NCBI GenBank assembly: GCA_965203465.1
Contig: CBDBCR010000004.1
Span: 14,277-78,276 of the forward strand
Direction: 5' to 3'
DNA: 64,000 nt
Source of the DNA: Nitrosopumilaceae archaeon
GTDB taxonomy: Archaea; Thermoproteota; Nitrososphaeria; Nitrososphaerales; Nitrosopumilaceae
Part shown: piece by piece, positions 30,701 to 40,533 of the stretch
Numbering within the stretch: position 1 is the stretch's first letter
How the letters are laid out: the number at the start of each line of letters is the position of its first letter
Notes under the pieces: generated by a model
Told to the model about the DNA's origin: nothing
What the model saw: the letters and a program-made list of their open reading frames with translations, nothing else
Databases searched by the model: none
Translations under genes and position numbers: made by a program

Positions 30701-30770
30701 TCTGTGCAAGGCCATGATTGACGAATACTATCAATCCGTGGCAGAAACCAAAAAATCATATTGGAAGTGA
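27723..30770 (+). CDS. Type IIG-like fused restriction endonuclease/N6-adenine methyltransferase
   Basis: N-terminal CD-x9-EVK nuclease motif; GEYYTPDWLA, VLDPACGSG (motif I), SNPPW (motif IV); C-terminal TRD-like region; AT-richer than host. Confidence 0.8.
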   Translation: MKKSSVKRLEKIPDEDGNELSIKIKTSEISINLKSLNAMTEAEISDKITTLLLKYGITPWQQQAIPSRSRTRKIGSCDLYIHDKRVIIEVKKVKRLEKGPHSPESGDGGRSAFDQLANYIKAERSQKNTQIVDYIDTGEVSEQTHYWVGIVTNYKKWWAWTWPPSESEDDGKLQESFNGVELTAPKERQLIALLQRKDTKPVPEELGPMFEPHLKRFLKLYDRVKGYRDTQTQKGLWFKQLQASGNAPDTEIDEIFVRHTLLILVTRLISKVVGSHEDDVITHGFVCWVSEGCDEIKSLTADIGSYDWNHETRDIMRSLYMGFIPKKHRKSYGEYYTPDWLAEKLARTVIDEKYIKEQLESFQSEGTVKPVLDPACGSGALLYHAGRFILNSKAVGEARQYMNPAKINEFLCAMLYGIDIHPVAVEMAKTNIHRLIRYAPDHHIRVYQGDSLLLNRPTDNIHSSAIADPDDLVLYSPKGTALVLPKLFLKSPEGIEMMVRTAKEKIRPPAALTKSLDKKDAKKVMTAQKTLARMVDEEGNGVWEWYIKNQAAPLLLQEQKAGRIISNPPWVRINQINVKERKALITSEAKNLGLWVGGNTATSFDIAALFVDRCSSLYLTDPKKSGWILIGGALKTSGWSGLRKSDVWKNYKAMWDLGSIAFEMGFSTCTVFFGIRTPSLKLVKEPNTAVKPNEFLSDIRDKTKWVKPDRDYPFYPSGYFANKNAVAKNGATLFPYNFVRIRETVSAGGKDVGFKTLSKKSKWDKYGSLEGKVPEAWVRDCIYSQDLYPYAPETHTKCIIPMKGSKWDQTKDSHPYWRKVSDAYKENKGKGKDTPSTLEKNLNHHNKLVNQFGIKKWLVVYNAGGENLYAMKTPPGRYIIEHGCFYVPCESENEADYLNGVLNSPAMLKPFDKAKTSDLYFGLSIWKCVPIPKFNPKNKLHAKLAKLSKKAGVASAKTYKSERASGNRLDNWSMSRIIQKTLVESGVSGEIDDLCKAMIDEYYQSVAETKKSYWK

Positions 30771-30835
30771 GCGTGTTAGTCAAGTCACAGTTCCTGTCTG
30801 AAACTCGAGCAGTATGTCCACACAACCTGTAGGAT

Positions 30836-33800
30836 GCTTCAATGGGGCCGCAACTTGATAGTTGCGGAAGGTACGACAAGCTCTACGCGACGAGCGAGCA
30901 GGTCTTGCTTCAATGGGGCCGCAACTTGATAGTTGCGGAAGGTGTAAACAAAACAGCCGCTAGCCGACCTGCCCGGGGCTTCAATGGGGCCGCAACTTGA
31001 TAGTTGCGGAAGGCTTGGTGAACAATGCTGGCTTCTTGAACCTGTCCCCGGCTTCAATGGGGCCGCAACTTGATAGTTGCGGAAGGCCGGCCCCGGATCG
31101 AAGTCCCGGGCAAAGCCCGTGTGCTTCAATGGGGCCGCAACTTGATAGTTGCGGAAGGGGCATGGCGATAAGAATCAGGCGGCGGTACTGGAAGCTTCAA
31201 TGGGGCCGCAACTTGATAGTTGCGGAAGGTCAACACGACTTCCGTGGCCGAGGTCTCGGAAGTCAGCTTCAATGGGGCCGCAACTTGATAGTTGCGGAAG
31301 GAGCTCGAGAACCCCGGCGAGGGGACGACCCCGTGGGCTTCAATGGGGCCGCAACTTGATAGTTGCGGAAGGTCGCCGGCCTGTTCTGGTGGCTCAGCAG
31401 CGCGACCGACGCTTCAATGGGGCCGCAACTTGATAGTTGCGGAAGGTTTATAACGCTGTTATGAAATAGCCGAAGGGTATATAGCTTCAATGGGGCCGCA
31501 ACTTGATAGTTGCGGAAGGTGTAAACAAAACAGCCGCTAGCCGACCTGCCCGGGGCTTCAATGGGGCCGCAACTTGATAGTTGCGGAAGGCTTGGTGAAC
31601 AATGCTGGCTTCTTGAACCTGTCCCCGGCTTCAATGGGGCCGCAACTTGATAGTTGCGGAAGGTGCCAGATAACAGACAACAGCGGGCGCGTTTTTGCAG
31701 CTTCAATGGGGCCGCAACTTGATAGTTGCGGAAGGACGATCCAAGGCGCGACCGACGGCAGCAGGTCGGCAGCTTCAATGGGGCCGCAACTTGATAGTTG
31801 CGGAAGGGCTCCACCTCTCCCTCGGCGTCGCGCGCAATGCGGACGCTTCAATGGGGCCGCAACTTGATAGTTGCGGAAGGTGCTCGCATAAATGCCACGA
31901 AAAAGCCCGAGCCCGAGAGCTTCAATGGGGCCGCAACTTGATAGTTGCGGAAGGACGATCACGAGTATAACAACAATCAGCCCGTAAGGCTTCAATGGGG
32001 CCGCAACTTGATAGTTGCGGAAGGGTTGGCCCAAGATGAGGTCTTTGCGGACCTAAAGCCGCTTCAATGGGGCCGCAACTTGATAGTTGCGGAAGGTGAA
32101 ATTTTTGCTACGGACACTCCTGCATTGCAGGCGCTTCAATGGGGCCGCAACTTGATAGTTGCGGAAGGACGTACCACGACGTGACCTATTCGTACGAGGA
32201 CGGGTAGCTTCAATGGGGCCGCAACTTGATAGTTGCGGAAGGCATGGTGCGGGGTATGCTCTCAATGCTCGGGGGCGGGCTTCAATGGGGCCGCAACTTG
32301 ATAGTTGCGGAAGGCATAGTGCTGCCCGTAAGCGTCTTGAAAATCAAGGCTTCAATGGGGCCGCAACTTGATAGTTGCGGAAGGTCCGCAAGACCGGCTT
32401 GCTTCCGTCCTTCGATTGCCGCTTCAATGGGGCCGCAACTTGATAGTTGCGGAAGGAACTCGCCGGAGGGCCGCGACCTGTACGAGCGGTACGCTTCAAT
32501 GGGGCCGCAACTTGATAGTTGCGGAAGGAAAAAGTCGGGCGAAACGACAAAGTACAGGCTGCTAGCTTCAATGGGGCCGCAACTTGATAGTTGCGGAAGG
32601 GCGGCGTTCTGGGAAGAATACGTGGGCGGATACAACGCTTCAATGGGGCCGCAACTTGATAGTTGCGGAAGGCCTAGCCGATGTCAATGACATCAGCGAA
32701 GCGATGGAAGCTTCAATGGGGCCGCAACTTGATAGTTGCGGAAGGGTTGCCACCACACCCACAAAGCAAAACCGATCAAGGGGCTTCAATGGGGCCGCAA
32801 CTTGATAGTTGCGGAAGGGCGATCTATCAGCTCGTCACCGGCGCGGTGCCCGAGGCTTCAATGGGGCCGCAACTTGATAGTTGCGGAAGGTTTACCGGCC
32901 GCGACAAGTTCGGCAAGGCGTTCGCGCTTCAATGGGGCCGCAACTTGATAGTTGCGGAAGGACCACCTTGATCGAACCGCCGTGCTCGGCGGCCCACGCT
33001 TCAATGGGGCCGCAACTTGATAGTTGCGGAAGGGTTTCCCATGGCCCGATAAGGCCAATGAGGGTTATATGCTTCAATGGGGCCGCAACTTGATAGTTGC
33101 GGAAGGCCTTATACCGTCCATTTTTTCGGCGACGCCGAGATGGTGGCTTCAATGGGGCCGCAACTTGATAGTTGCGGAAGGGTTAATCGAGAGATCCAAA
33201 CGACTCAAGCGCACCTGCTTCAATGGGGCCGCAACTTGATAGTTGCGGAAGGGCGCGCCCCCAGATTCGCGGCCACGGCCCGCTTGTAGCTTCAATGGGG
33301 CCGCAACTTGATAGTTGCGGAAGGACCCAGAGCCCGTGCAGGTCTTCCCGCGTGTTTGACGCTTCAATGGGGCCGCAACTTGATAGTTGCGGAAGGCTAA
33401 CCATAGGCCTAAGGCATAAATACCCCTAGGTGCTTCAATGGGGCCGCAACTTGATAGTTGCGGAAGGGTTGGCGGGCAATTTGACGGACGCAGAGTTGTT
33501 AGAGCTTCAATGGGGCCGCAACTTGATAGTTGCGGAAGGAGATCCTCAAAGTCCGCAAAGTAGGCGATATTCTGGGCTTCAATGGGGCCGCAACTTGATA
33601 GTTGCGGAAGGGTTGGCCCCGGCCGCCGTGCCCAGGCCGTACCGTATCGCTTCAATGGGGCCGCAACTTGATAGTTGCGGAAGGCAATGGCATGCCCAAA
33701 ACCGCGACGCACGAAAGGGCGCTTCAATGGGGCCGCAACTTGATAGTTGCGGAAGGGGTGATCCAGAATGAGTTTGAGCATAATAAGACCAAGCTTCAAT

Positions 33801-34677
33801 GGGGCCGCAACTTGATAGTTGCGGAAGGAAGGGACGATAGACCGCGCCGCGCCCGCGGTTCCGGCTTCAATGGGGCCGCAACTTGATAGTTGCGGAAGGA
33901 GGTGCGCGGTCGGCGCGCCCTTGCGGGTGCCCTGGAGCTTCAATGGGGCCGCAACTTGATAGTTGCGGAAGGATCTTGGCCCAAAGACCCCCCCCCCCAA
34001 AGCCACGCTTCAATGGGGCCGCAACTTGATAGTTGCGGAAGGCCCGCGTCGTAGCCGTAGCCGTGCTCGCCCATGGTCGCTTCAATGGGGCCGCAACTTG
34101 ATAGTTGCGGAAGGCTATAGTGCCAAGTTAACCGTCCGATTCACAGTCCGCTTCAATGGGGCCGCAACTTGATAGTTGCGGAAGGATAGACCAGGCCAAC
34201 AAAGAGATCATCGAACGCGCGCTTCAATGGGGCCGCAACTTGATAGTTGCGGAAGGCACATAACCGGGGAGCAGAAGAACCGCCCCGCGAAGCTTCAATG
34301 GGGCCGCAACTTGATAGTTGCGGAAGGATAGCGGCCCTCAACGAGGCCAGGGAGAAGCTGACGCTTCAATGGGGCCGCAACTTGATAGTTGCGGAAGGTT
34401 TGAGGCTGTCGGTGATCTTTCTGGCGGGCGTCAGGCTTCAATGGGGCCGCAACTTGATAGTTGCGGAAGGCCGCAAGTTCAGCACCGCGGCAAAACTGCA
34501 CCTCAGCTTCAATGGGGCCGCAACTTGATAGTTGCGGAAGGTAGCTTCAATGGGGCCGCAACTTGATAGTTGCCGCCCGGTGCGCCGGTTGGATGCTTCA
34601 AGCAACTTGTATATCGGCCCGCGTCCGTAGGCCCCCGTTACGCTTCAATGGGGCCGCAACTTGATAGTTGCGGAAGG
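30836..34677 (-). CRISPR. Main type I-G CRISPR array, 53 full + 2 damaged repeats
   Basis: 36-bp repeat, + strand GCTTCAATGGGGCCGCAACTTGATAGTTGCGGAAGG, with CCGCAACT/AGTTGCGG hairpin; spacers ~34-39 bp; minus strand ends in ATTGAAGC (I-G 5' handle). Confidence 0.98.
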
Positions 34678-34846
34678 CCTGCCCGGGCGCCTGAATCCGC
34701 TCTGGTCGGTGCGGAATTTCCCGGCAGGCGGCATACTGTGCGCGGTTTCTGCACGCGCGCCTGCATCGGCATGCGGGCGGACACTTCCGTATATTAACAA
34801 ACTGCGAGCGCCTCAGCCTGCGCGCCGCAACCCACAGCCGCTCGCG
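34678..34846 (-). promoter_or_regulatory. CRISPR leader
   Basis: Between cas2 stop and the first repeat in transcription sense; TATA-like TTAATATA on the minus strand at ~34790-34797. Confidence 0.65.
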
Positions 34847-35131
34847 TCATATTATGCGCGCCGGCTCGCGCGCGTGCCTCTCCATCCGGGAGCCAACGAA
34901 CTCTATCCTACCGTCGCCGTCCGAGCCCATGTCGGCCACCATCACCCGGTCGGCCGACATGTCTATCTGCTCCGCCAAGTCGGCCCGCAGCAGGGCCAGC
35001 TCCTTGCGGCTCAGATCGCACAGAAACACCGAATACTGGGCGGGCTCGCCGTACCCGAGCATCTTTTTGTGGACGCGCTGCAGGCGGCCAGGCTCCGTCA
35101 CGTCGTAGCAGACGAGGTACGTGCGCCTCAC
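34847..35131 (-). CDS. cas2: CRISPR-associated endonuclease Cas2
   Basis: YLVCYDV...QYSVFLCDL. Confidence 0.95.
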   Translation of the reverse strand: MRRTYLVCYDVTEPGRLQRVHKKMLGYGEPAQYSVFLCDLSRKELALLRADLAEQIDMSADRVMVADMGSDGDGRIEFVGSRMERHAREPARII

Positions 35132-35135
35132 GGGA

Positions 35136-36779
35136 TCACCGGGTCCGGAAGGACGGATAATGCGGTATTTCTTTCAGGAGGTGCCTAGAGAGCAGCCGGG
35201 CCTGGGTCTCGAGCACGCGGCGGTAGCTCGCCGGATACCCGAGCACCGGGTGGTTCACGCTCGCGTCCATCCTCCTCTCGAACGCCCGCGTGGCCGCTAT
35301 CCTGCCGCCGCTAGACATGAACACCCCGAACGGTGTCTTTGTAAAGTCCGACGGCCCTATCTCGCCGTTGTTCAGGGCCGTAATGCACGCCGAATCTGCC
35401 GCCAGGGGGCGGAACTCTTCTATCATGTCCAGCGCGAGCGCCGGCTTGCCGTACTTTGGCATGTGCAGAAACCCAACGTACGGATCGAGTCCCACCCTGC
35501 TGACAGTCGAGGCGGCCTGCGACAACAGCAACATGTACATGTATGACAGCACCGCGTTGACCGGATCCTTGGGCGGCCGCCGGTTCCTCCCGTCAAAGTC
35601 GAACTCCGTCTCGGCCCTGAGCATGGTGCCGAATTTTTCAAAGTACGTGCGGGCCGCCAGCCCCTCTATCCCGAGCAGCTCCTCGTACCCGCGGGCGGCA
35701 AGCGCCCGCTCGGCCAGGGCCGACATCTTTTCGACGGCGCCCCGGCAGTCTCTGCCGTTGCGCCTCAGCAGGGTAGCGCAGTTCCTTATCTTGCCGTTGA
35801 CTATTCTCCTCGCGATGGCCATGCGGGCCGAGCGGTCGGCGTGGGCCGCGTGCTGCGCTATGCGGAGCTGGGCGTTGCGGTGCCACCCGCCGGTGGCCAT
35901 CCCCACGAACTTTCCCGAATACGACGTGTAGCAGACGGCCACGCCGCGCGCGTACAGTTCCCGCAGCGCCTGCGTGGTCACCTGCACGTTGCCTCGCACG
36001 GTCAGCGACGAGACATCGAGCAGGCGCACGGTCTCGGTCTTGCCACCCTTTACAGATATCTTGAGGCAGTCGCCCGACTTTGAGACGCGTGCGCCTTGAT
36101 CCTGCACGTGCACCGGCGTCGCGTCGCTCCTGATGGGGTACATGCGCCTCACCGACTCCTCTTCCACGGCGCCGGTGAGCAGGTTGACTTCGTCCGGCAG
36201 GCATATTTCCACCAGCGAGCACCTGGGGCACTTTGGGCTGTCGACCAGCGGTGGTGGCACCGCGTCCTGCTCCATGGTCTCTCTCATCTCGCGTATCGTT
36301 TCCAGGGTCTGCGAGACCAGCTTTTCGTCAAACTCGACTTCCACGCGCTTTTTGGAGCCGACGTAATACACGATGCCGCGCTCCGATTCGTATCCGTTGG
36401 CCTGTAACAACAACCCCTGCGCGCACACGTGTATGCGGTGGTCCGGCCATGTGCCCTCTCTGGTCTCGGGCGCCCTGCCGCGCTTGTACTCTACGGGAGT
36501 GGCCGTCTTGCCGTCCAGCTCCAGCAGGTCCAGCCTGGCCGAAAAACCTAGGCCCGGATCGGACAGCTCTACGGATCTTGCGTGCACGCGCTCCCCGTCG
36601 GACATCTTTTCGGCACCCGCCTGCCTGTCCACCCGGCGGTGCGCGTACTTTCCCTCGATCACCTCGGCGTTGTACTCGAATTCTTTCTGGGCGTGCTCCA
36701 GGTACCCGAGGCGCTTGCAGTACGCGTACTGGACGAGCATGCGCAGGCCCGTCAGATCATCCCCGGATTGCGCGCTCAC
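35136..36779 (-). CDS. cas1: Cas4-Cas1 fusion
   Basis: Cas4: YCKR, PVEYKRG, CPRCSLVEICLP; Cas1: GIEGLAARTYF, NRRPPKDPVNAVLS, ALDMIEEFRP. Confidence 0.95.
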   Translation of the reverse strand: MSAQSGDDLTGLRMLVQYAYCKRLGYLEHAQKEFEYNAEVIEGKYAHRRVDRQAGAEKMSDGERVHARSVELSDPGLGFSARLDLLELDGKTATPVEYKRGRAPETREGTWPDHRIHVCAQGLLLQANGYESERGIVYYVGSKKRVEVEFDEKLVSQTLETIREMRETMEQDAVPPPLVDSPKCPRCSLVEICLPDEVNLLTGAVEEESVRRMYPIRSDATPVHVQDQGARVSKSGDCLKISVKGGKTETVRLLDVSSLTVRGNVQVTTQALRELYARGVAVCYTSYSGKFVGMATGGWHRNAQLRIAQHAAHADRSARMAIARRIVNGKIRNCATLLRRNGRDCRGAVEKMSALAERALAARGYEELLGIEGLAARTYFEKFGTMLRAETEFDFDGRNRRPPKDPVNAVLSYMYMLLLSQAASTVSRVGLDPYVGFLHMPKYGKPALALDMIEEFRPLAADSACITALNNGEIGPSDFTKTPFGVFMSSGGRIAATRAFERRMDASVNHPVLGYPASYRRVLETQARLLSRHLLKEIPHYPSFRTR

Positions 36780-36964
36780 GTGTATTTAGCGCCGCCGGGC
36801 GATATAAGCGCGGCACGAACCTGACGCGGCGGCGCAGGATCTGTAGGCGTAAATGCGGCCCCCGCGGCGGGGGCTTGTAAACCTTTGAACCGTGCCGGAC
36901 GGCGGGAAGGCGCGGCCTTTCCGCCTGCGCCCCACTTATTACGCGCCCCGCCCCCGACGGGGCG

Positions 36965-38158
36965 TTGCGGGATCTCATTGGGGAGGCCAACGCCGTCGTG
37001 GCGGACGACTGGGCGGAGGCGCGCCCCCCGTACAAGGACGACTTGCGCAGGCGGAAAAAAGCGCGCAGGTCAAACATGCAAAAGGCGCTCCCCCTGTACG
37101 AAGAGGCCGTCCGGCAGAACCCGGGCGACGAGCGCGGGTACTGCGGCGCGGTCCTCATGCTCGTGGCGACGGGGCGGTTCGCCGACGCGGCCCCGTACCT
37201 GGAAAGGCTGATCCGCCTGCGCCCGGACGCGGCGTACCCGCACGGCATGATGGGCTGCGTCATGGAGATGACCGGCAGGACCGGCGAGGCGGTCGCCTGC
37301 TACGACAGGATGATCGAGGCCGATCCAGACGAGATGTTCGGGCGCCTGAGAAAATCCGTCGTGCTGGTCATGCTCGACGAGAACGAGCGGGCCCGGGAAT
37401 GCCTGGACGATCTGTTCGGGGCCGAGCCGCGCGGCGCGTCGGCGGCAAAGGATCAGGAAAAAATACGCGACATCCTAGAATACGACGGCCCCGAAAGCGA
37501 GGACGACTTTAACGAAAACCTGATGCCCGGGCTGGCAAAGATGTGGGAGACGCTGGTCTCGAAAGACGCCGATCTGCCGGAGGGCATCTTCCCCGAAGAC
37601 ATTGGCGCGCTGGCCCGCGCGGCGGCGGATCTGGACGACGAGGCGGCCGCGGATCCGGACAGCGAAGACGAGAACAGAATCAGGGCCATGATGATGCTCA
37701 AAGACGGCAGGTACGAGGAGTCCATCGAGTGCCTGGACAGGGTCCTCCGGCTGCGGCCCGACGGCGTGGTGGATCTGGGCCTAAAGGGGATGATGCTGGA
37801 GGAGCTGGGCCGCCCCGACGAGGCACTCGGATGCTACGAGCGCATAATCGAGGTAGAGCCGGGCGACATGACTGCGCGCCACCGAAAGTGCGGCGTGCTG
37901 GCGCGGCGGGGCGAGGTCGAAAGGGTGCTCGAGTGCTACCGCGCGGCCCTAGAGGCCGAGCCGTCGAACAAGGCAGGCGCGCGCACGAAGAAGGGCATGC
38001 GGGAGGAGTACCGCGAGCTGGCGCGCTGCGCAAAAGAGGCCGGTTCCGTAGAGTCGGGCTTTGCAAAGTTCATGGAAACCACAGGCGTGGAGCCCGGGCG
38101 CGCCCCGGGCCGCAGAGGCGCGGGGGGCAGGCTCCGCGCGGGACGGCGGCGCCGCTAG
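36965..38158 (+). CDS. TPR-repeat protein 1
   Basis: TPR consensus (KG.ML..LGR..EAL.CY...I...P); C-terminus GRLRAGRRRR. Confidence 0.85.
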   Translation: MRDLIGEANAVVADDWAEARPPYKDDLRRRKKARRSNMQKALPLYEEAVRQNPGDERGYCGAVLMLVATGRFADAAPYLERLIRLRPDAAYPHGMMGCVMEMTGRTGEAVACYDRMIEADPDEMFGRLRKSVVLVMLDENERARECLDDLFGAEPRGASAAKDQEKIRDILEYDGPESEDDFNENLMPGLAKMWETLVSKDADLPEGIFPEDIGALARAAADLDDEAAADPDSEDENRIRAMMMLKDGRYEESIECLDRVLRLRPDGVVDLGLKGMMLEELGRPDEALGCYERIIEVEPGDMTARHRKCGVLARRGEVERVLECYRAALEAEPSNKAGARTKKGMREEYRELARCAKEAGSVESGFAKFMETTGVEPGRAPGRRGAGGRLRAGRRRR

Positions 38159-38204
38159 CCGGAGGCCGCGCCTCACTTATTACGCGCCCCCTGCAGGGCG
38201 GGGC

Positions 38205-39326
38205 GTGCGGGATCTGATAAAGGAGGCCAACGCCCTGGCCGCGGAAAGAAAGACCGGGGAGGCCGTCGGCCTGTACAGCGAGGCGGCCCGGAAAGACCCC
38301 GGCGACGTGCGCGCGTACTGCGGCCTGGCGGCGCTGCACCTAAACGCCAAGAGGTACGGCGAGGCGGCCGGGTACGCCGAGCAGCTGGTCCGCCTCCGGC
38401 CCTCGGAGGCCTGGCCGCGCGGCATACTGGGCATAGCGCTCAGCCTGTCGGGCAGAAAGCGCGAGGCGCTCGACTGCTACGAAAAGATGGCCGAACTGGA
38501 CCCCGACGACATGCTGGCGCGCTTCAACGCCATAATGGAGATGGTCTCGCTGGGCAAGACGGGCAGGGCCAGGCGGGCCATGAAAAAGTTCCGCGCGGCC
38601 CGGCCGTCCAGGCCGTCGGCCGAGGCCGAGCGGCGCATGGCCGTCCGCGTCCTGCGGGAGGGCCGCATCCGCAGCGAGTCCTCGACGGCGCTGATGCCCG
38701 GCGTCGCGCAGCTCCACAGGGTGCTGTTCTCCAAGGACCGCAAAGACGCCGACAGCGAGCCGAGGCGCCTGCTGGAGCTGGCCGGCGCGGCCGGGGATCT
38801 GGGCATGCAGGAAGAGGCCGCCGAGATGATCGACGCGGCGCTGGCCCTCGATCCCGACTTTGCCGACGCGCACAGCGCGAAGGCAAACGCGCTGGCAAAG
38901 GCCGACATGGACTCGGAGGCGCTGCGCTCGGCCGACGCGGCCCTGCGCGAAAAGCCCGACTCGGTGCCGGACATGGTCGTAAAGGGGATGATCCTCGCCA
39001 GGGCCGGCCGCTTCGAAGAGGCCTCGGCGTGCTACGACCGCGCCATAGCGCTGGAGCCGGGCGAGATGATAGCCTACCACCTAAAGTGCCGCCTGTTCGC
39101 GGTATCCAAAGACGCCAAAGGCCTCGCCGGGTGGTACCGCGCGGCCCTCGCGGCCGAGCCGTCCGACGGGTACCGCAGGCAGATCCAGGAGCAGATGCGC
39201 GCAGAGCACGCCGAGCTGGAGCGCTGGACAAAGGCCGCCGGCTCTGAAGAGCTGGGCCTCGAGGCGTTCATGGAAAAGGGCGGCGTCGGCGCGCAGCTGC
39301 CGCCGGACCCGCGCGCGGATGCGTGA
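38205..39326 (+). CDS. TPR-repeat protein 2
   Basis: GTG start after CACTTATTACGCGCCCC promoter; TPR motifs. Confidence 0.85.
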   Translation: MRDLIKEANALAAERKTGEAVGLYSEAARKDPGDVRAYCGLAALHLNAKRYGEAAGYAEQLVRLRPSEAWPRGILGIALSLSGRKREALDCYEKMAELDPDDMLARFNAIMEMVSLGKTGRARRAMKKFRAARPSRPSAEAERRMAVRVLREGRIRSESSTALMPGVAQLHRVLFSKDRKDADSEPRRLLELAGAAGDLGMQEEAAEMIDAALALDPDFADAHSAKANALAKADMDSEALRSADAALREKPDSVPDMVVKGMILARAGRFEEASACYDRAIALEPGEMIAYHLKCRLFAVSKDAKGLAGWYRAALAAEPSDGYRRQIQEQMRAEHAELERWTKAAGSEELGLEAFMEKGGVGAQLPPDPRADA

Positions 39327-39363
39327 GGGCCCCACTTATTACGCGCCCCCTCCATGGCCGGGC

Positions 39364-40461
39364 GTGCGGGATCTGATAAAGGAGGCCAACGCCCTGGCCG
39401 CGGAGGGCCGGAACGAAGAGGCGCTGTCTTTGTACCGCGAGGCGGTCCGGAAAGACCCGGACGGCGAGCGGGGGCACTGCGGCATGGCCGCGATGCTCCT
39501 GAGGGCCAGGCGGTACGACGAGGCGGCCGGGTGCGCAGAAGAGCTGATGCGGCTCCGGCCCGGCGAGGCCTGGCCGCACGGCGTGCTTGGCGTGGCGCGC
39601 AACCTCGCGGGCAGGAAGGACGATGCGCTGGCCTGCTTCCAGAAAATGATAAAACTGGATCCGGACGACATGATGGCGCGCCTCAGCGCGGTGGTGCTGC
39701 TGGCCTCGTCCGGCAGGAAAAAAGAGGCCGAGGCGGCATTCCGCCGGCTGGCAGAGGCCCGCCCGTCCGGGCCGCTGGCCGCAGCCGAGCAGCGCCTGGC
39801 GGTCTCGGCCCTGCGCGGGGGCGTCAAGCGCGGCTCGGACGCCTCGGCCCTGATGCCGGGCATGGCGGAGCTCAACGCGGTGCTCTCCTCGCGCGACGGC
39901 CGGGGCGGGCCTGAAGCGCTGCTGACGCGCGCCGCCGAGGTGGAAAGACTCGGCATGCGCAGGGAGGCGGCCGCGATGATCGACGCGGCGCTGGCCGCGT
40001 ACCCCGGCTCTGCCCAAGCGCACAGGGCAAAGGCCGCCGCGCTGGACGGCGACGGCAGGAGCGCGGAGGCGCTGGCCTCCCTGGACGAGGCGCTCCGGCT
40101 GGGGCCCGGCTCGGCCGGCGACCTGCTCACCAAGGGGAGGCTCCTGTCGGACCTGGGGCGTGCGGGCGAGGCGCTCGCCTGCTACGAGCGCGCCATATCG
40201 CTGGACCGGGGCGAGCTGATAGCCTACCACCTAAAGTGCCGCCTGCTGGCCCTCGCCGGCGACGCGCCGGGCCTGGCAGAGTGCTACCGCGCGGCCCTCG
40301 CGGCCGAGCCGTCCGACGGGTACCGCCGCGGCGTGCAGGAGCGGATGCGCGCAGAGTACGCCGAGCTGGAGCGCTGGACAAAGGCCGCCGGCTCTGAAAA
40401 GCTGGGCCTCGAGGCGTTCGTGGAAAAGAGCGGCGTCGGCGGGCGGCCGCCGCCCGACTGA
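39364..40461 (+). CDS. TPR-repeat protein 3
   Basis: Paralogue of protein 2 with nearly identical 5' and 3' ends. Confidence 0.85.
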   Translation: MRDLIKEANALAAEGRNEEALSLYREAVRKDPDGERGHCGMAAMLLRARRYDEAAGCAEELMRLRPGEAWPHGVLGVARNLAGRKDDALACFQKMIKLDPDDMMARLSAVVLLASSGRKKEAEAAFRRLAEARPSGPLAAAEQRLAVSALRGGVKRGSDASALMPGMAELNAVLSSRDGRGGPEALLTRAAEVERLGMRREAAAMIDAALAAYPGSAQAHRAKAAALDGDGRSAEALASLDEALRLGPGSAGDLLTKGRLLSDLGRAGEALACYERAISLDRGELIAYHLKCRLLALAGDAPGLAECYRAALAAEPSDGYRRGVQERMRAEYAELERWTKAAGSEKLGLEAFVEKSGVGGRPPPD

Positions 40462-40533
40462 GTGTAGTCCCGAAATCATTTCGCGCGCCGGCCGGGCGCT
40501 TGCGTTATATCGCCCGGCCGCCGCCGCCCGCGC

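Noticed and set aside
34399-34434. Spacer sharing 17 contiguous nt (25/36 overall) with the sulfotransferase gene at 6458-6493 (self-targeting?)
   Set aside because: Mismatches at seed positions 4, 7 and 8; flank is TCG rather than TTN; likely chance coding similarity (ARKIT in both)
30839-34797. Many ORFs with repeated MGPQLDSCGR / FRNYQVAAPLK peptides
   Set aside because: These are translations of CRISPR repeats, not genes
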